Positions 9,985-20,369 of a stretch of 64,000 nt of DNA are shown here, piece after piece. Made by a program: the position numbers and the translations under genes. This stretch comes from an uncultured Roseburia sp. (GTDB lineage: Bacteria > Bacillota > Clostridia > Lachnospirales > Lachnospiraceae). The first letter of the stretch is position 1. Each line of letters begins with the position of its first letter. The notes under the pieces were generated by a model. The model was not told the DNA's origin, made no database searches, and saw only the letters and a program-made list of their open reading frames with translations. The stretch covers positions 21,368 to 85,367 of the forward strand of contig UQAQ01000001.1 in assembly GCA_900539115.1 (NCBI GenBank). Direction: 5' to 3'.

Positions 9985-10776
9985 ATGAATTCAGTCATTA
10001 CGGCTTTTTTACTTACAACGCTTGCCGGGCTTAGTACCGGGATTGGCAGCTGCATTGCGTTTGTGGCAAAACATACAAATAAGAAATTTCTCTCTGTCAG
10101 CCTGGGATTTTCTGCAGGTGTGATGATCTACGTGTCATTGGTGGAAATTCTTGCGAAGGCAAAGACATCGCTTACGGCAGAACTGGGGGAGAGGGGAGGA
10201 AACTGGAGCACTATTCTGGCGTTTTTTGGCGGAATGCTGGTGATCGCAGTCATTGATAAACTGATCCCATCGGAGGAAAATCCGCATGAGGTCAGATGTC
10301 TGGAGAAAGAGAAGAAGAAATCCGGGAAGTTGATGCGGATGGGAGTGTTTACGGCACTGGCAATTGGAATCCACAATTTTCCGGAAGGACTGGCGACGTT
10401 TGTATCGGCATTGCAGGAACCCAGTGTAGCACTTCCCATCGTTGTTGCAATCGCAATTCATAACATACCGGAAGGGATCGCGGTGTCGGTTCCCATCTAT
10501 CAGGCGACCGGCTCCAAATGCAAAGCATTTAACTATTCCTTTTTATCGGGGCTTGCGGAACCACTTGGAGCGCTGATCGGATGGCTGATCTTACTTCCGA
10601 TTATGAATGATATTGTATATGGTGTTATATTTGCAGGTGTAGCCGGTATCATGGTGTTTATCTCGTTTGATGAACTGCTTCCGGCGGCGCAGGAATACGG
10701 CGAGCACCATTTGTCGCTGTATGGATTGATCTCCGGAATGGGTGTGATGGCGGTAAGTTTGCTACTGTTTTTGTAA
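9985..10776 (+). CDS. zupT: ZIP-family zinc transporter
   Basis: A 263-aa protein with 8 predicted TM segments. It carries the conserved HNxPEG motifs ([16 protein letters not shown]) of ZupT. Confidence 0.8.
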   Translation: MNSVITAFLLTTLAGLSTGIGSCIAFVAKHTNKKFLSVSLGFSAGVMIYVSLVEILAKAKTSLTAELGERGGNWSTILAFFGGMLVIAVIDKLIPSEENPHEVRCLEKEKKKSGKLMRMGVFTALAIGIHNFPEGLATFVSALQEPSVALPIVVAIAIHNIPEGIAVSVPIYQATGSKCKAFNYSFLSGLAEPLGALIGWLILLPIMNDIVYGVIFAGVAGIMVFISFDELLPAAQEYGEHHLSLYGLISGMGVMAVSLLLFL

Positions 10777-10840
10777 ATGCGCTTGACATTTCCCGCGGAA
10801 AACGGCACAATGGGTATAGAAGACTGGCAGAAATGAGGAA

Positions 10841-12127
10841 ATGTTTATGATAGAGACGAGAGAACGAAAAGAACGGGTTATTTTGATCGCAGTAGACCTC
10901 GGGGATGGCACGGAGGTTGAGGCTTCGCTTGCCGAGCTTGCAGAACTTGCGGATACCGCCGGTGCGGAGACTGTGGGAACCCTGATTCAGAACCGGGAAG
11001 CGGTTCATGCGGGAACCTATATTGGAAAGGGAAAAATTGAGGAGTTGCGGGAGTTGATCCATCTGTACGAGGCGGATACGGTGATCAGTGACGATGAGCT
11101 GTCGCCGGCACAGATTGGAAATCTGCAGGAAGAACTTGGTTGTAAGGTCATTGACCGGACAGTATTGATTTTGGATATTTTTGCCGCGCATGCGAGTACG
11201 AGTGAGGGAAAATTACAGGTGGAACTTGCCCAGCTTCGCTATCGTGCTTCCCGACTGACCGGACTTGGAAAATCGCTGTCTAGGATCGGCGGTGGTGCGG
11301 CGGGCAGCAGCGGCGGTATCGGCACCAGAGGACCCGGAGAGAAAAAACTGGAACTGGACCGCCGTCTCATCCGTGAACGGATCTCAATGCTCAACCGGCA
11401 GTTAAAAAGTGTCGTGGCAACCCGTGAGACAATGCGCAAACAGCGTCTTAATAATGGAAGCAAAGTCGTGGCAATCGTTGGATACACAAATGCCGGAAAA
11501 TCAACGCTTTTGAATGCTTTGACGCATTCGGATGTGCTGGAAGAGGACATGCTTTTTGCGACACTGGATCCGACGACGAGAAGTTATGAATTGGAAAATG
11601 GACAAAAGATTTTGTTTACGGACACGGTCGGATTTATCAATAAACTGCCGCATCATCTGATTCAGGCATTCCGAAGTACGTTGGAAGAAGCAAGATACGC
11701 AGATATGATACTGCATGTCGTGGACTGCTCGGATGAACATTATGAGACGCATATGAATGTTGTTTATGAGACGTTGAAAAATCTGGATGTACAGGATAAA
11801 CCGGTTTTGACAGTATTTAACAAAATCGACCGGCTGCAGGCAGAAGGAAAGAGTGTGGATCCGCTTTTATTTAAAGATGCAAAAAGCAAAGATGTCCAGC
11901 TTCTATCCGCGAAAAAGAAACAGGGATTTGACGAACTTCTTGAAAAGATTGAGAAGATTCTGAATGAGGATTTTGTTCGCATCGAGAAGACATTTTCCTA
12001 TCAGGAAGCGGGAAAGATTCAGATCATACGTGAATATGGCAGACTGGATACGGAAGAATACCGAGACGACGGCATCTACGTCGAAGCGGCAGTGCCGGCC
12101 GCTTATGTCGGCAAAGTGATGGGGTGA
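10841..12127 (+). CDS. hflX: Ribosome-associated GTPase HflX
   Basis: It has the HflX N-domain and a G-domain with GYTNAGKST (G1), DTVGF (G3) and NKID (G4). It is 428 aa long. Confidence 0.85.
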   Translation: MFMIETRERKERVILIAVDLGDGTEVEASLAELAELADTAGAETVGTLIQNREAVHAGTYIGKGKIEELRELIHLYEADTVISDDELSPAQIGNLQEELGCKVIDRTVLILDIFAAHASTSEGKLQVELAQLRYRASRLTGLGKSLSRIGGGAAGSSGGIGTRGPGEKKLELDRRLIRERISMLNRQLKSVVATRETMRKQRLNNGSKVVAIVGYTNAGKSTLLNALTHSDVLEEDMLFATLDPTTRSYELENGQKILFTDTVGFINKLPHHLIQAFRSTLEEARYADMILHVVDCSDEHYETHMNVVYETLKNLDVQDKPVLTVFNKIDRLQAEGKSVDPLLFKDAKSKDVQLLSAKKKQGFDELLEKIEKILNEDFVRIEKTFSYQEAGKIQIIREYGRLDTEEYRDDGIYVEAAVPAAYVGKVMG

Positions 12128-12131
12128 TCGG

Positions 12132-12617
12132 ATGGCAAAGGAAATACGGATGATCGCAGCGGTGGCATCGGATCTTGGCATTGGAAAGGACGGAAAACTG
12201 CTGTTTCATATCAAGGAAGATATGGCGTGGTTTCGCAGCCATACGCTTCACAATGTGGTTGTCATGGGACGTAAGACATTGGAAAGTTTTCCCGGAGGCC
12301 GGCCGCTTCCGGAGCGGACGCACATTGTGCTCAGCCACAAGAAACACGAAAATACGGAAAATGTTATCTGGGTAACCTCGGTCGAAGAGGCGATTGTCGA
12401 GATGGAGAAAATGCCCGGAAATGTTTATGTCACCGGGGGTGAGCAGGTTTACCGGGAATTTCTTCCACTGGCATCGAAACTGTATCTTACCGAAGTGGCG
12501 GAAAAATGTGACGCAGATGCGTATTTTCCCGATTTTTTATCGGATGGTAATTGGGAAAAAATGGAAGAGAATAAGCGCGACGGTTTTTCGTTTGTAACGT
12601 ATGAAAGAAACCGGTAA
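12132..12617 (+). CDS. folA: Dihydrofolate reductase
   Basis: A 161-aa protein with IAAVASDLGIGKDGKLLFHIKEDMAWFRSHT...VVMGRKT, which is the canonical DHFR fold signature. It is coupled to hflX by a 4-nt gap. Confidence 0.85.
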   Translation: MAKEIRMIAAVASDLGIGKDGKLLFHIKEDMAWFRSHTLHNVVVMGRKTLESFPGGRPLPERTHIVLSHKKHENTENVIWVTSVEEAIVEMEKMPGNVYVTGGEQVYREFLPLASKLYLTEVAEKCDADAYFPDFLSDGNWEKMEENKRDGFSFVTYERNR

Positions 12618-12620
12618 CTA

Positions 12621-14339
12621 TTAAAATGAATCATTGAGGCACAGGACGCCCCAGCCGATCTGCGGATTGGGGTAAGTGCGCAAAGCAGGCAGTGGTCTGG
12701 CTCCGCGGATGAGCCAGGCTTTTATTTTTTGCCCGTAAAGAAACGGATCATTGCCCTGAATAATTCCGTACTGCATCAGAAGGGCGGCGCTTCCGGTTAC
12801 AAACGGAGTTGCCATCGAGGTACCGGAGCGGGCGTTGTACCCGCCGCCGACGGAAGTGCTTGTGATATTGACACCGGGGGCGGCCAGATCCGGTTTGGTA
12901 AGCGAAAGGGCGGTAAATCCCTGCCCGGAAAAGGAAGCAAGCTGATTGGCATTGCTGTCGTAGGCCGCGACTGTGATCGGACGGAAGGCAGTGGAGGGGA
13001 TGGTGAGAGAGGTTTCCGGATCCGCGACGAGAAAGCGCGTCTGTGGATTGATGCTGGAGGAAGAAGGCAGCCAAAGATCGAAACGTCCATTTCGAATGTT
13101 GACCGGAATCAACTGCCAGGTCCAAAGTCCCTCGGCAATCGTCTGCTGACCGGCGGAAGGAAGCATTTCTACATAAATTTCCTGAAAGATCTGATAGGGA
13201 GACGGTTCTCCGAAGAACCAGTACAGGTCAGTATTGTCGAGGTGCGTCTGATAGGTCCCGATGTAATTTTCATTGAGAAATACCGATTTGCCGGATGGAG
13301 CAGTAAGACGGATCTGAAATTCATCGGAAAAATCTTTCCAAAGCTGGATATTTAATGAAGTTTCCCCCGGGCCGACGGAAAGTTCTCTGGAAATAGGTGC
13401 CTGCGACAGCGTATCCGAAGCATGCCGCCCGAGATTTCCTTCGTTTCCGGTGCCGACAGCGATTGTCGTACGCCCGATCGTGGCTATCGTATCGAGATAG
13501 GTTTCCAATAGCGAAAATCCGGTATGACTGCCATAATTATTTCCGAAACTGAGATTGAGGGCGAGCGGCATTTGGAGTTCCAAAGACCGTCTGACACAAT
13601 AATCCAGAGCGGTCATCAGTTCCGTAGTACGTGGAAAGGCATCCGGAAGAAGATTTCCAAGTTTTACCACGATCAGCCGGCTTTTTGTTGCAACACCGGT
13701 GTAAAGTCCACCACTGGCACGCCCATTTCCTGCGGCGATGCCGGCGACGTGAGTGCCGTGCCCCGAAAGATCCCTGCTCGGAAACGTTCCATCGTCTGCA
13801 AGCAGGGCGGCATTGATCTCTTCTTCGGAAAATACCTGTCCAAGAGTCTGATCCCACAGATTTACAATGCGCGTCGTCCCATCATCATTGCGAAAGTCCG
13901 GGTGATAGATGTCGATGCCGCTGTCGATGATACCGATCAGGACATTTTCTCCCGTCAGATTTTTCGGGGGTCTTGTGACGGGAGGGATGCACGCTGCCGC
14001 TTTGGCTCCTGCCAGGGAAAACGACAGCCGTTTTGGTTTTTCGATGTATTCAATCTGGGGAAGAGCAGAAATTTCGTCAATCCGGTTTTCGGGCAGATAC
14101 AGGATTCCATAGCCGCCAAATAAGGAGACGAGAGTGACATCCTCCGGTAAAACCAGGTCGCCGGAATAGCGGATGATTAATTCCCACGACTGTGTTTCCG
14201 GTGAATAGCCGGTTTCCAGAGAGGGACTTTTGGCACGTACGGAAGACGGAACAGACAGAGCAAGCTCCAAAGCGGTTTCAAGTTTTTGGTTTGTCATTTT
14301 CATAGGCCTCACGAAGTTTTTCCAATGCCCGTTTTTCAA
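12621..14339 (-). CDS. Subtilisin-like S8 serine peptidase with ~100-aa N-terminal prodomain and ~250-aa C-terminal domain; Csp-like (germination-protease-like) architecture, no signal peptide
   Basis: The catalytic triad motifs are present: IGIIDSGIDIYHPDF (Asp), HGTHVAGIAAG (His) and GTSMATPFVTG (Ser). It is 572 aa long. Its 5' end overlaps the sigK stop by ~60 nt. The plus-strand ORFs inside it are GC-rich frame artefacts. Confidence 0.8.
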   Translation of the reverse strand: MKNGHWKNFVRPMKMTNQKLETALELALSVPSSVRAKSPSLETGYSPETQSWELIIRYSGDLVLPEDVTLVSLFGGYGILYLPENRIDEISALPQIEYIEKPKRLSFSLAGAKAAACIPPVTRPPKNLTGENVLIGIIDSGIDIYHPDFRNDDGTTRIVNLWDQTLGQVFSEEEINAALLADDGTFPSRDLSGHGTHVAGIAAGNGRASGGLYTGVATKSRLIVVKLGNLLPDAFPRTTELMTALDYCVRRSLELQMPLALNLSFGNNYGSHTGFSLLETYLDTIATIGRTTIAVGTGNEGNLGRHASDTLSQAPISRELSVGPGETSLNIQLWKDFSDEFQIRLTAPSGKSVFLNENYIGTYQTHLDNTDLYWFFGEPSPYQIFQEIYVEMLPSAGQQTIAEGLWTWQLIPVNIRNGRFDLWLPSSSSINPQTRFLVADPETSLTIPSTAFRPITVAAYDSNANQLASFSGQGFTALSLTKPDLAAPGVNITSTSVGGGYNARSGTSMATPFVTGSAALLMQYGIIQGNDPFLYGQKIKAWLIRGARPLPALRTYPNPQIGWGVLCLNDSF

Positions 14340-14946
14340 TCCGGCTTACATAACTGCGGCTGATGCCGTATTTTTTGGCTATTTCCCGCTGCGTGATCTC
14401 CGTCCGCTCCTGACTGTGATGGTGAGTGGGAAGGCCATAACGCATACGAATGATATCACGTTCCCGTTTGGTGAGAACAGTTTCCAGATATTGGTATATT
14501 TTTCTTGCGCTTTCTTCGAATTCGAGCCGCTCTGCGACATCCTCGTCATTGGTTTCCAGAAGATCCAGTAACTGAAGCATATTTCCCTCGCCGTCTTCTC
14601 CGTTGATCGGTTCCGAGAGAGAAATTTCTTTCGCTTGTTTTTTTGCACTGCGGAAGGTCATGAGAAGTTCATTGTCGATACAGCGTGAGGCGTAGGTTGC
14701 AAGGCGGACACCTTTGCCGGATTTGTAACTGTCCACGGCTTTGATCAGGCCGATGGTGCCGATGGAGATCAAATCTTCCTGTGGCAGGTCGCTTGAATTG
14801 TATTTTTTTACCAAATAAGCTACCAGCCGCAGATTTCGTTCGATCAGGATTCGGCGAGCCTCCTTATCTCCTTGCTCATGAAGCTTGAGATAGTGTTCTT
14901 CCTCTTTGGCGGACAAGGGGGTAGGAAAAGATTGCAATGGCGACAC
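14278..14946 (-). CDS. sigK: Sporulation sigma factor of the sigE/sigK group (best match sigma-K, no N-terminal pro-sequence)
   Basis: PLSAKEEEHYLKLHEQGDKEARRILIERNLRLVAYLVKKY...DLISIGTIGLIKAV...YASRCIDNELLM matches region 2 of sigK/sigE closely. The region 4 HTH (REIAKKYGISRSYVSRIEKRAL) is present. The start is GTG at 14946, or TTG three codons downstream behind GAGGTG. Confidence 0.6.
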   Translation of the reverse strand: MSPLQSFPTPLSAKEEEHYLKLHEQGDKEARRILIERNLRLVAYLVKKYNSSDLPQEDLISIGTIGLIKAVDSYKSGKGVRLATYASRCIDNELLMTFRSAKKQAKEISLSEPINGEDGEGNMLQLLDLLETNDEDVAERLEFEESARKIYQYLETVLTKRERDIIRMRYGLPTHHHSQERTEITQREIAKKYGISRSYVSRIEKRALEKLREAYENDKPKT

Positions 14947-14964
14947 CTCAGAAACTAGCGTTAT

Positions 14965-14990
14965 AGATAATGTATGAAAAGAAGGGGAAA
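14965..14990 (-). promoter_or_regulatory. Putative sigE/sigK-type promoter of sigK (-10 CATACATT)
   Basis: The minus strand reads ttttCATACATTatctataacgctagtttctgagGTG. CATACA-T is the sigE/sigK -10 consensus and lies ~25 nt upstream of the start. Confidence 0.3.
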
Positions 14991-15116
14991 ATAGTGCCTG
15001 ACCGGGGGAAAAATAAAGAAATGGAATTTTTTTACGGTTAGAGTAAAAATGTAATTGTTATGTTCGGAAATACATGTTATACTATTGTTATTTTATATTG
15101 GTAGGAGGAAATTATT

Positions 15117-15656
15117 GTGAAAGAAAAACAGACAAAAAGAAAATTTGAAAAATATTCCATTTTTGCTTTGCTTTGTGGGATTGGATTGGTTGCAGCGGGG
15201 ATTTTTGGGATTGTATCCAGTAGAATTGAAAGTTCCGAATATAAAAATTCGACAGATATACGAAAAGTCGCAGCTGTTATTGAAACATTGGAAACTCATG
15301 ATGAAAAAGACGATAACGATGTTATTGTTGAAACAAAATATAAGACCGGGGTTTCATTTGAGATTGATGGGAAAAAATATACGGGAAGATATCAATTTAA
15401 TGCGTATGCGAGGGATTATGCAAAAAAGAATGCCTATGACAGATTAAGAAGGGGCGATACAATTGATGTCGAGGTGTATAAAACGAAAAATGGGGATTAC
15501 AAAATATCGCCGGATGGAACTCCGGTGGACGTTCTCCTTTATTGTCTGGCAATCCTTTTTGGTGCTGTTATTATTGTAGGAATGCTTTATGAGATATTTG
15601 GAAGGAAAACCAAAAAAGGGGAAAGTGAACCAACGGAAAAAGCGGAGAAAGATTGA
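15117..15656 (+). CDS. Small membrane protein with a TM helix at each end flanking a ~110-aa soluble domain (DUF3592-like topology)
   Basis: A 179-aa protein with an N-terminal TM (IFALLCGIGLVAAGIFGIV) and a C-terminal TM (LLYCLAILFGAVIIVGML). The start has an alternative codon. No catalytic motif was seen. Confidence 0.35.
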   Translation: MKEKQTKRKFEKYSIFALLCGIGLVAAGIFGIVSSRIESSEYKNSTDIRKVAAVIETLETHDEKDDNDVIVETKYKTGVSFEIDGKKYTGRYQFNAYARDYAKKNAYDRLRRGDTIDVEVYKTKNGDYKISPDGTPVDVLLYCLAILFGAVIIVGMLYEIFGRKTKKGESEPTEKAEKD

Positions 15657-15679
15657 AACAAAGGATAGGAAGGTGATTT

Positions 15680-16984
15680 ATGAATTTATCAGAAGCATTG
15701 TTGATTGCGGCGGCAATTGCTGTGTCTTGTGCCTTTTTTATTGGCGAGAAGATTATTAAAGTAGACTTTTCCGGATTTTTACCTAAAAACCGAAAGAGTG
15801 AGAGGATGAAAAAACTGCTTGTTCCGCGTGAGACACCTTTGCAGGGAGAAAGACTTCATGGAAATATCAGGAAGAGTTTTGAACAAGTGCTGATTCCTCT
15901 TGGCAAAGCGGATAAAAGTTTGCTGCCGGCGAGAATGGATAGGATTTTTCGGAGAAAAACAGAGAAGCAGATTGAATTGTTGAAACAGCGTCAGCTTTGT
16001 CGTGACATTCGATTAGCGGATGTTGTGCCTTTGCCCAAGAACGATTTTAAAAGGTGGAATGATGATGGCAGAGAATGGCGGGAGTCTGTCTTGCAATGTA
16101 ATGCAGTGGAGCGTCTTGTGCCGAAGGGAAAAAACACACCTATCTATGAGCTGTATCATAAAAATGCCTATTTTAGGATTGTTCAGTCAAGACATATACG
16201 AAATACAGATCGTATAGAAAAAAAGAAAAATTATTATGGAAATCATACAAAGATTATATGCCCATCCTGTGGTGCGGAAGTGAAATTAAGTAGTCAGAAA
16301 GCGGTTTGTTCATACTGCGGTGGTGTGCTGCAAAGTGATTTTTATGACTGGCAGACTGAGAAATTTGATATATATGAGAAGATGGGAACGAACTTGCGAA
16401 GAACTTTGCAACTCTTGGCATCTGTGTTCATTTTGTTTGTGTGTGTGTTTCTTTGCTTGTGGCTTATTCAGGATACCGAGGTATCCTTGGCGGCAGGTGT
16501 GGTGGCAGCGATACTTATTATGGTGGGAATTACGGCTGTTATTGTTTGGGGGAGAATAAAACAGGAGAAACGGAGAGGGGAGATTGTCCGTTATTCTGAA
16601 AATTATTTGAGGTCATGTATCGGTGAGGTATTGTATGAGGAAAAAAAGGATACGGATTTGATGGATTATAGTATTGGAACAATTATTTTGAAAAAAGTTG
16701 TTAATACAGACGAAACGACGAAAATAATGATTCGAGTATATGTAAGCGAAACATATCTTCCGGAGAAAAAGAGACCATATACCAAAAAAGCAAAAAAGAA
16801 GCTTACACTACAACGGGCAAGATATCCTGAAAGAAGAAAAGCAGATGGAGCTTTTTTGATCGAGAAGGACTGTCCCTCTTGTGGTGCTAATTTTATACCG
16901 GATGCAAACCATTGTTGCTCGTTCTGCGGTTATGGTTTGCAAGTTAATAATGCAAAATGGGTTGCAGCGGCGACGGAAGAATAA
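15680..16984 (+). CDS. Membrane protein with two CxxC..CxxC zinc-ribbon motifs flanking a central 2-TM hairpin; function unknown
   Basis: It is 434 aa long. Zinc ribbons sit at CPSCGAEV...CSYCGG and CPSCGANF...CSFCGYG. There is an N-terminal signal-anchor and two central TM helices (LQLLASVFILFVCVFLCLWL, VVAAILIMVGITAVIVW). It is translationally close to the upstream 179-aa protein. Confidence 0.4.
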   Translation: MNLSEALLIAAAIAVSCAFFIGEKIIKVDFSGFLPKNRKSERMKKLLVPRETPLQGERLHGNIRKSFEQVLIPLGKADKSLLPARMDRIFRRKTEKQIELLKQRQLCRDIRLADVVPLPKNDFKRWNDDGREWRESVLQCNAVERLVPKGKNTPIYELYHKNAYFRIVQSRHIRNTDRIEKKKNYYGNHTKIICPSCGAEVKLSSQKAVCSYCGGVLQSDFYDWQTEKFDIYEKMGTNLRRTLQLLASVFILFVCVFLCLWLIQDTEVSLAAGVVAAILIMVGITAVIVWGRIKQEKRRGEIVRYSENYLRSCIGEVLYEEKKDTDLMDYSIGTIILKKVVNTDETTKIMIRVYVSETYLPEKKRPYTKKAKKKLTLQRARYPERRKADGAFLIEKDCPSCGANFIPDANHCCSFCGYGLQVNNAKWVAAATEE

Positions 16985-17036
16985 AAGGAAGTTTTTGATA
17001 TTGATTCAGCAGAGGCACTTTGTTTTACGCATTCCT

Positions 17037-17065
17037 TTGACATGCCATCTCTTGTATGCTATGAT
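17037..17065 (+). promoter_or_regulatory. SigA-type promoter of glgP (TTGACA, 17-nt spacer, TGcTATGAT extended -10)
   Basis: TTGACA lies at 17037–17042 and TATGAT at 17060–17065, with a TG at -15/-14. Confidence 0.55.
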
Positions 17066-17108
17066 GAGTAGGAGAGTATAAACTAAGCTTTTAAGTGGAG
17101 GAAAGAGC

Positions 17109-19367
<2,259 letters not shown>

Positions 19368-19374
19368 GGCGTGT

Positions 19375-20247
19375 TCAGGACAAGAACCGTTTCAGATCGA
19401 AAAGTCCCCAGCCTTGTTTGTTGTGGGGCAGACCGAGATCGGTACAGCTGTTTTTTAACCGGATTTTGACTTCTTTTGGTTCATAAAACCGGTATTTTGG
19501 TAAACTTAAAAGTAAGGCGATGCCTCCACTGACAACCGGAGTTGCCATGGAGGTGCCGCTTTTTTTCGTATACGGAACTTTTTCGATGTTCGTATGATGA
19601 CAGCTGACGATATGGCTTCCCGGCGTGATGACATCGGGCTTTTTGATGCAATGGATGGTGGGGCCGGTGCCGGAATTTCCCTCTCTGCCATAATAACCGA
19701 CGGTAATGACTTTGCGGCTGTTTCCGGGAGCACTGATCGTACCGGCTTCCGGACCGCGGTTTCCGGCAGAAACCACGACCACGAGACCGGCATCCCAAAG
19801 TTCCTCTACTTTCCGCACGAGAGGAGAGGATTCATCAAATTGCTTTTCTTTGGCGGTGCCGGCGGAAATATTTACGATGTTGATGCCATAGCGCATTCGG
19901 TTTCGGAGAACCCAGTCGATGCCGGTGCAGATATTTTCGACGGTTCCTTCTCCGTAGCGGTTCAACACTTTGACTGCGACGAGATCCGCCCGGGGAGCGA
20001 TACCGCGGTACAATCCCCGGCTTGCCTGGCCGCTTCCGGCAGCAATCCCGGCGACGTGGGTTCCGTGGCCGTAGTCATCGTAAGGCTGGCGGGTGGAAGA
20101 AAGGACGTCATGCCATCCGACGATGCGCCCGCTAAAGTCCGGATGTGGGGAGATTCCGCTGTCGAGTATGGCGATGCAGCTCCCTGCCCCATAGATATGC
20201 GCCCCATGTGCATAAGAGGCTTTGACGATTTCACGGACACGATTCAT
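19375..20247 (-). CDS. Small intracellular subtilisin-like S8 peptidase (catalytic domain only)
   Basis: A 290-aa protein with AILDSGI (Asp), HGTHVAGIAAG (His) and GTSMATPVVSG (Ser). It has no signal peptide. Its His motif is identical to that of the 572-aa S8 at 12621. Confidence 0.8.
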   Translation of the reverse strand: MNRVREIVKASYAHGAHIYGAGSCIAILDSGISPHPDFSGRIVGWHDVLSSTRQPYDDYGHGTHVAGIAAGSGQASRGLYRGIAPRADLVAVKVLNRYGEGTVENICTGIDWVLRNRMRYGINIVNISAGTAKEKQFDESSPLVRKVEELWDAGLVVVVSAGNRGPEAGTISAPGNSRKVITVGYYGREGNSGTGPTIHCIKKPDVITPGSHIVSCHHTNIEKVPYTKKSGTSMATPVVSGGIALLLSLPKYRFYEPKEVKIRLKNSCTDLGLPHNKQGWGLFDLKRFLS

Positions 20248-20369
20248 ACGAAATCCCGCCTTTTACCCTTTTGTTTTAGTATATGGAAAGCACAAGAAAG
20301 ATGTGACTGCTGTTTACATCGCGTTAAAGATGTGTTATAATTATGTCAATTATACCTTGAGAATGGAGA

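Noticed and set aside
12729-14123. Several 100–200-aa plus-strand ORFs inside the S8 protease gene
   Set aside because: They are by-products of the GC-rich region opposite a gene with a clear catalytic triad. No motifs were found.
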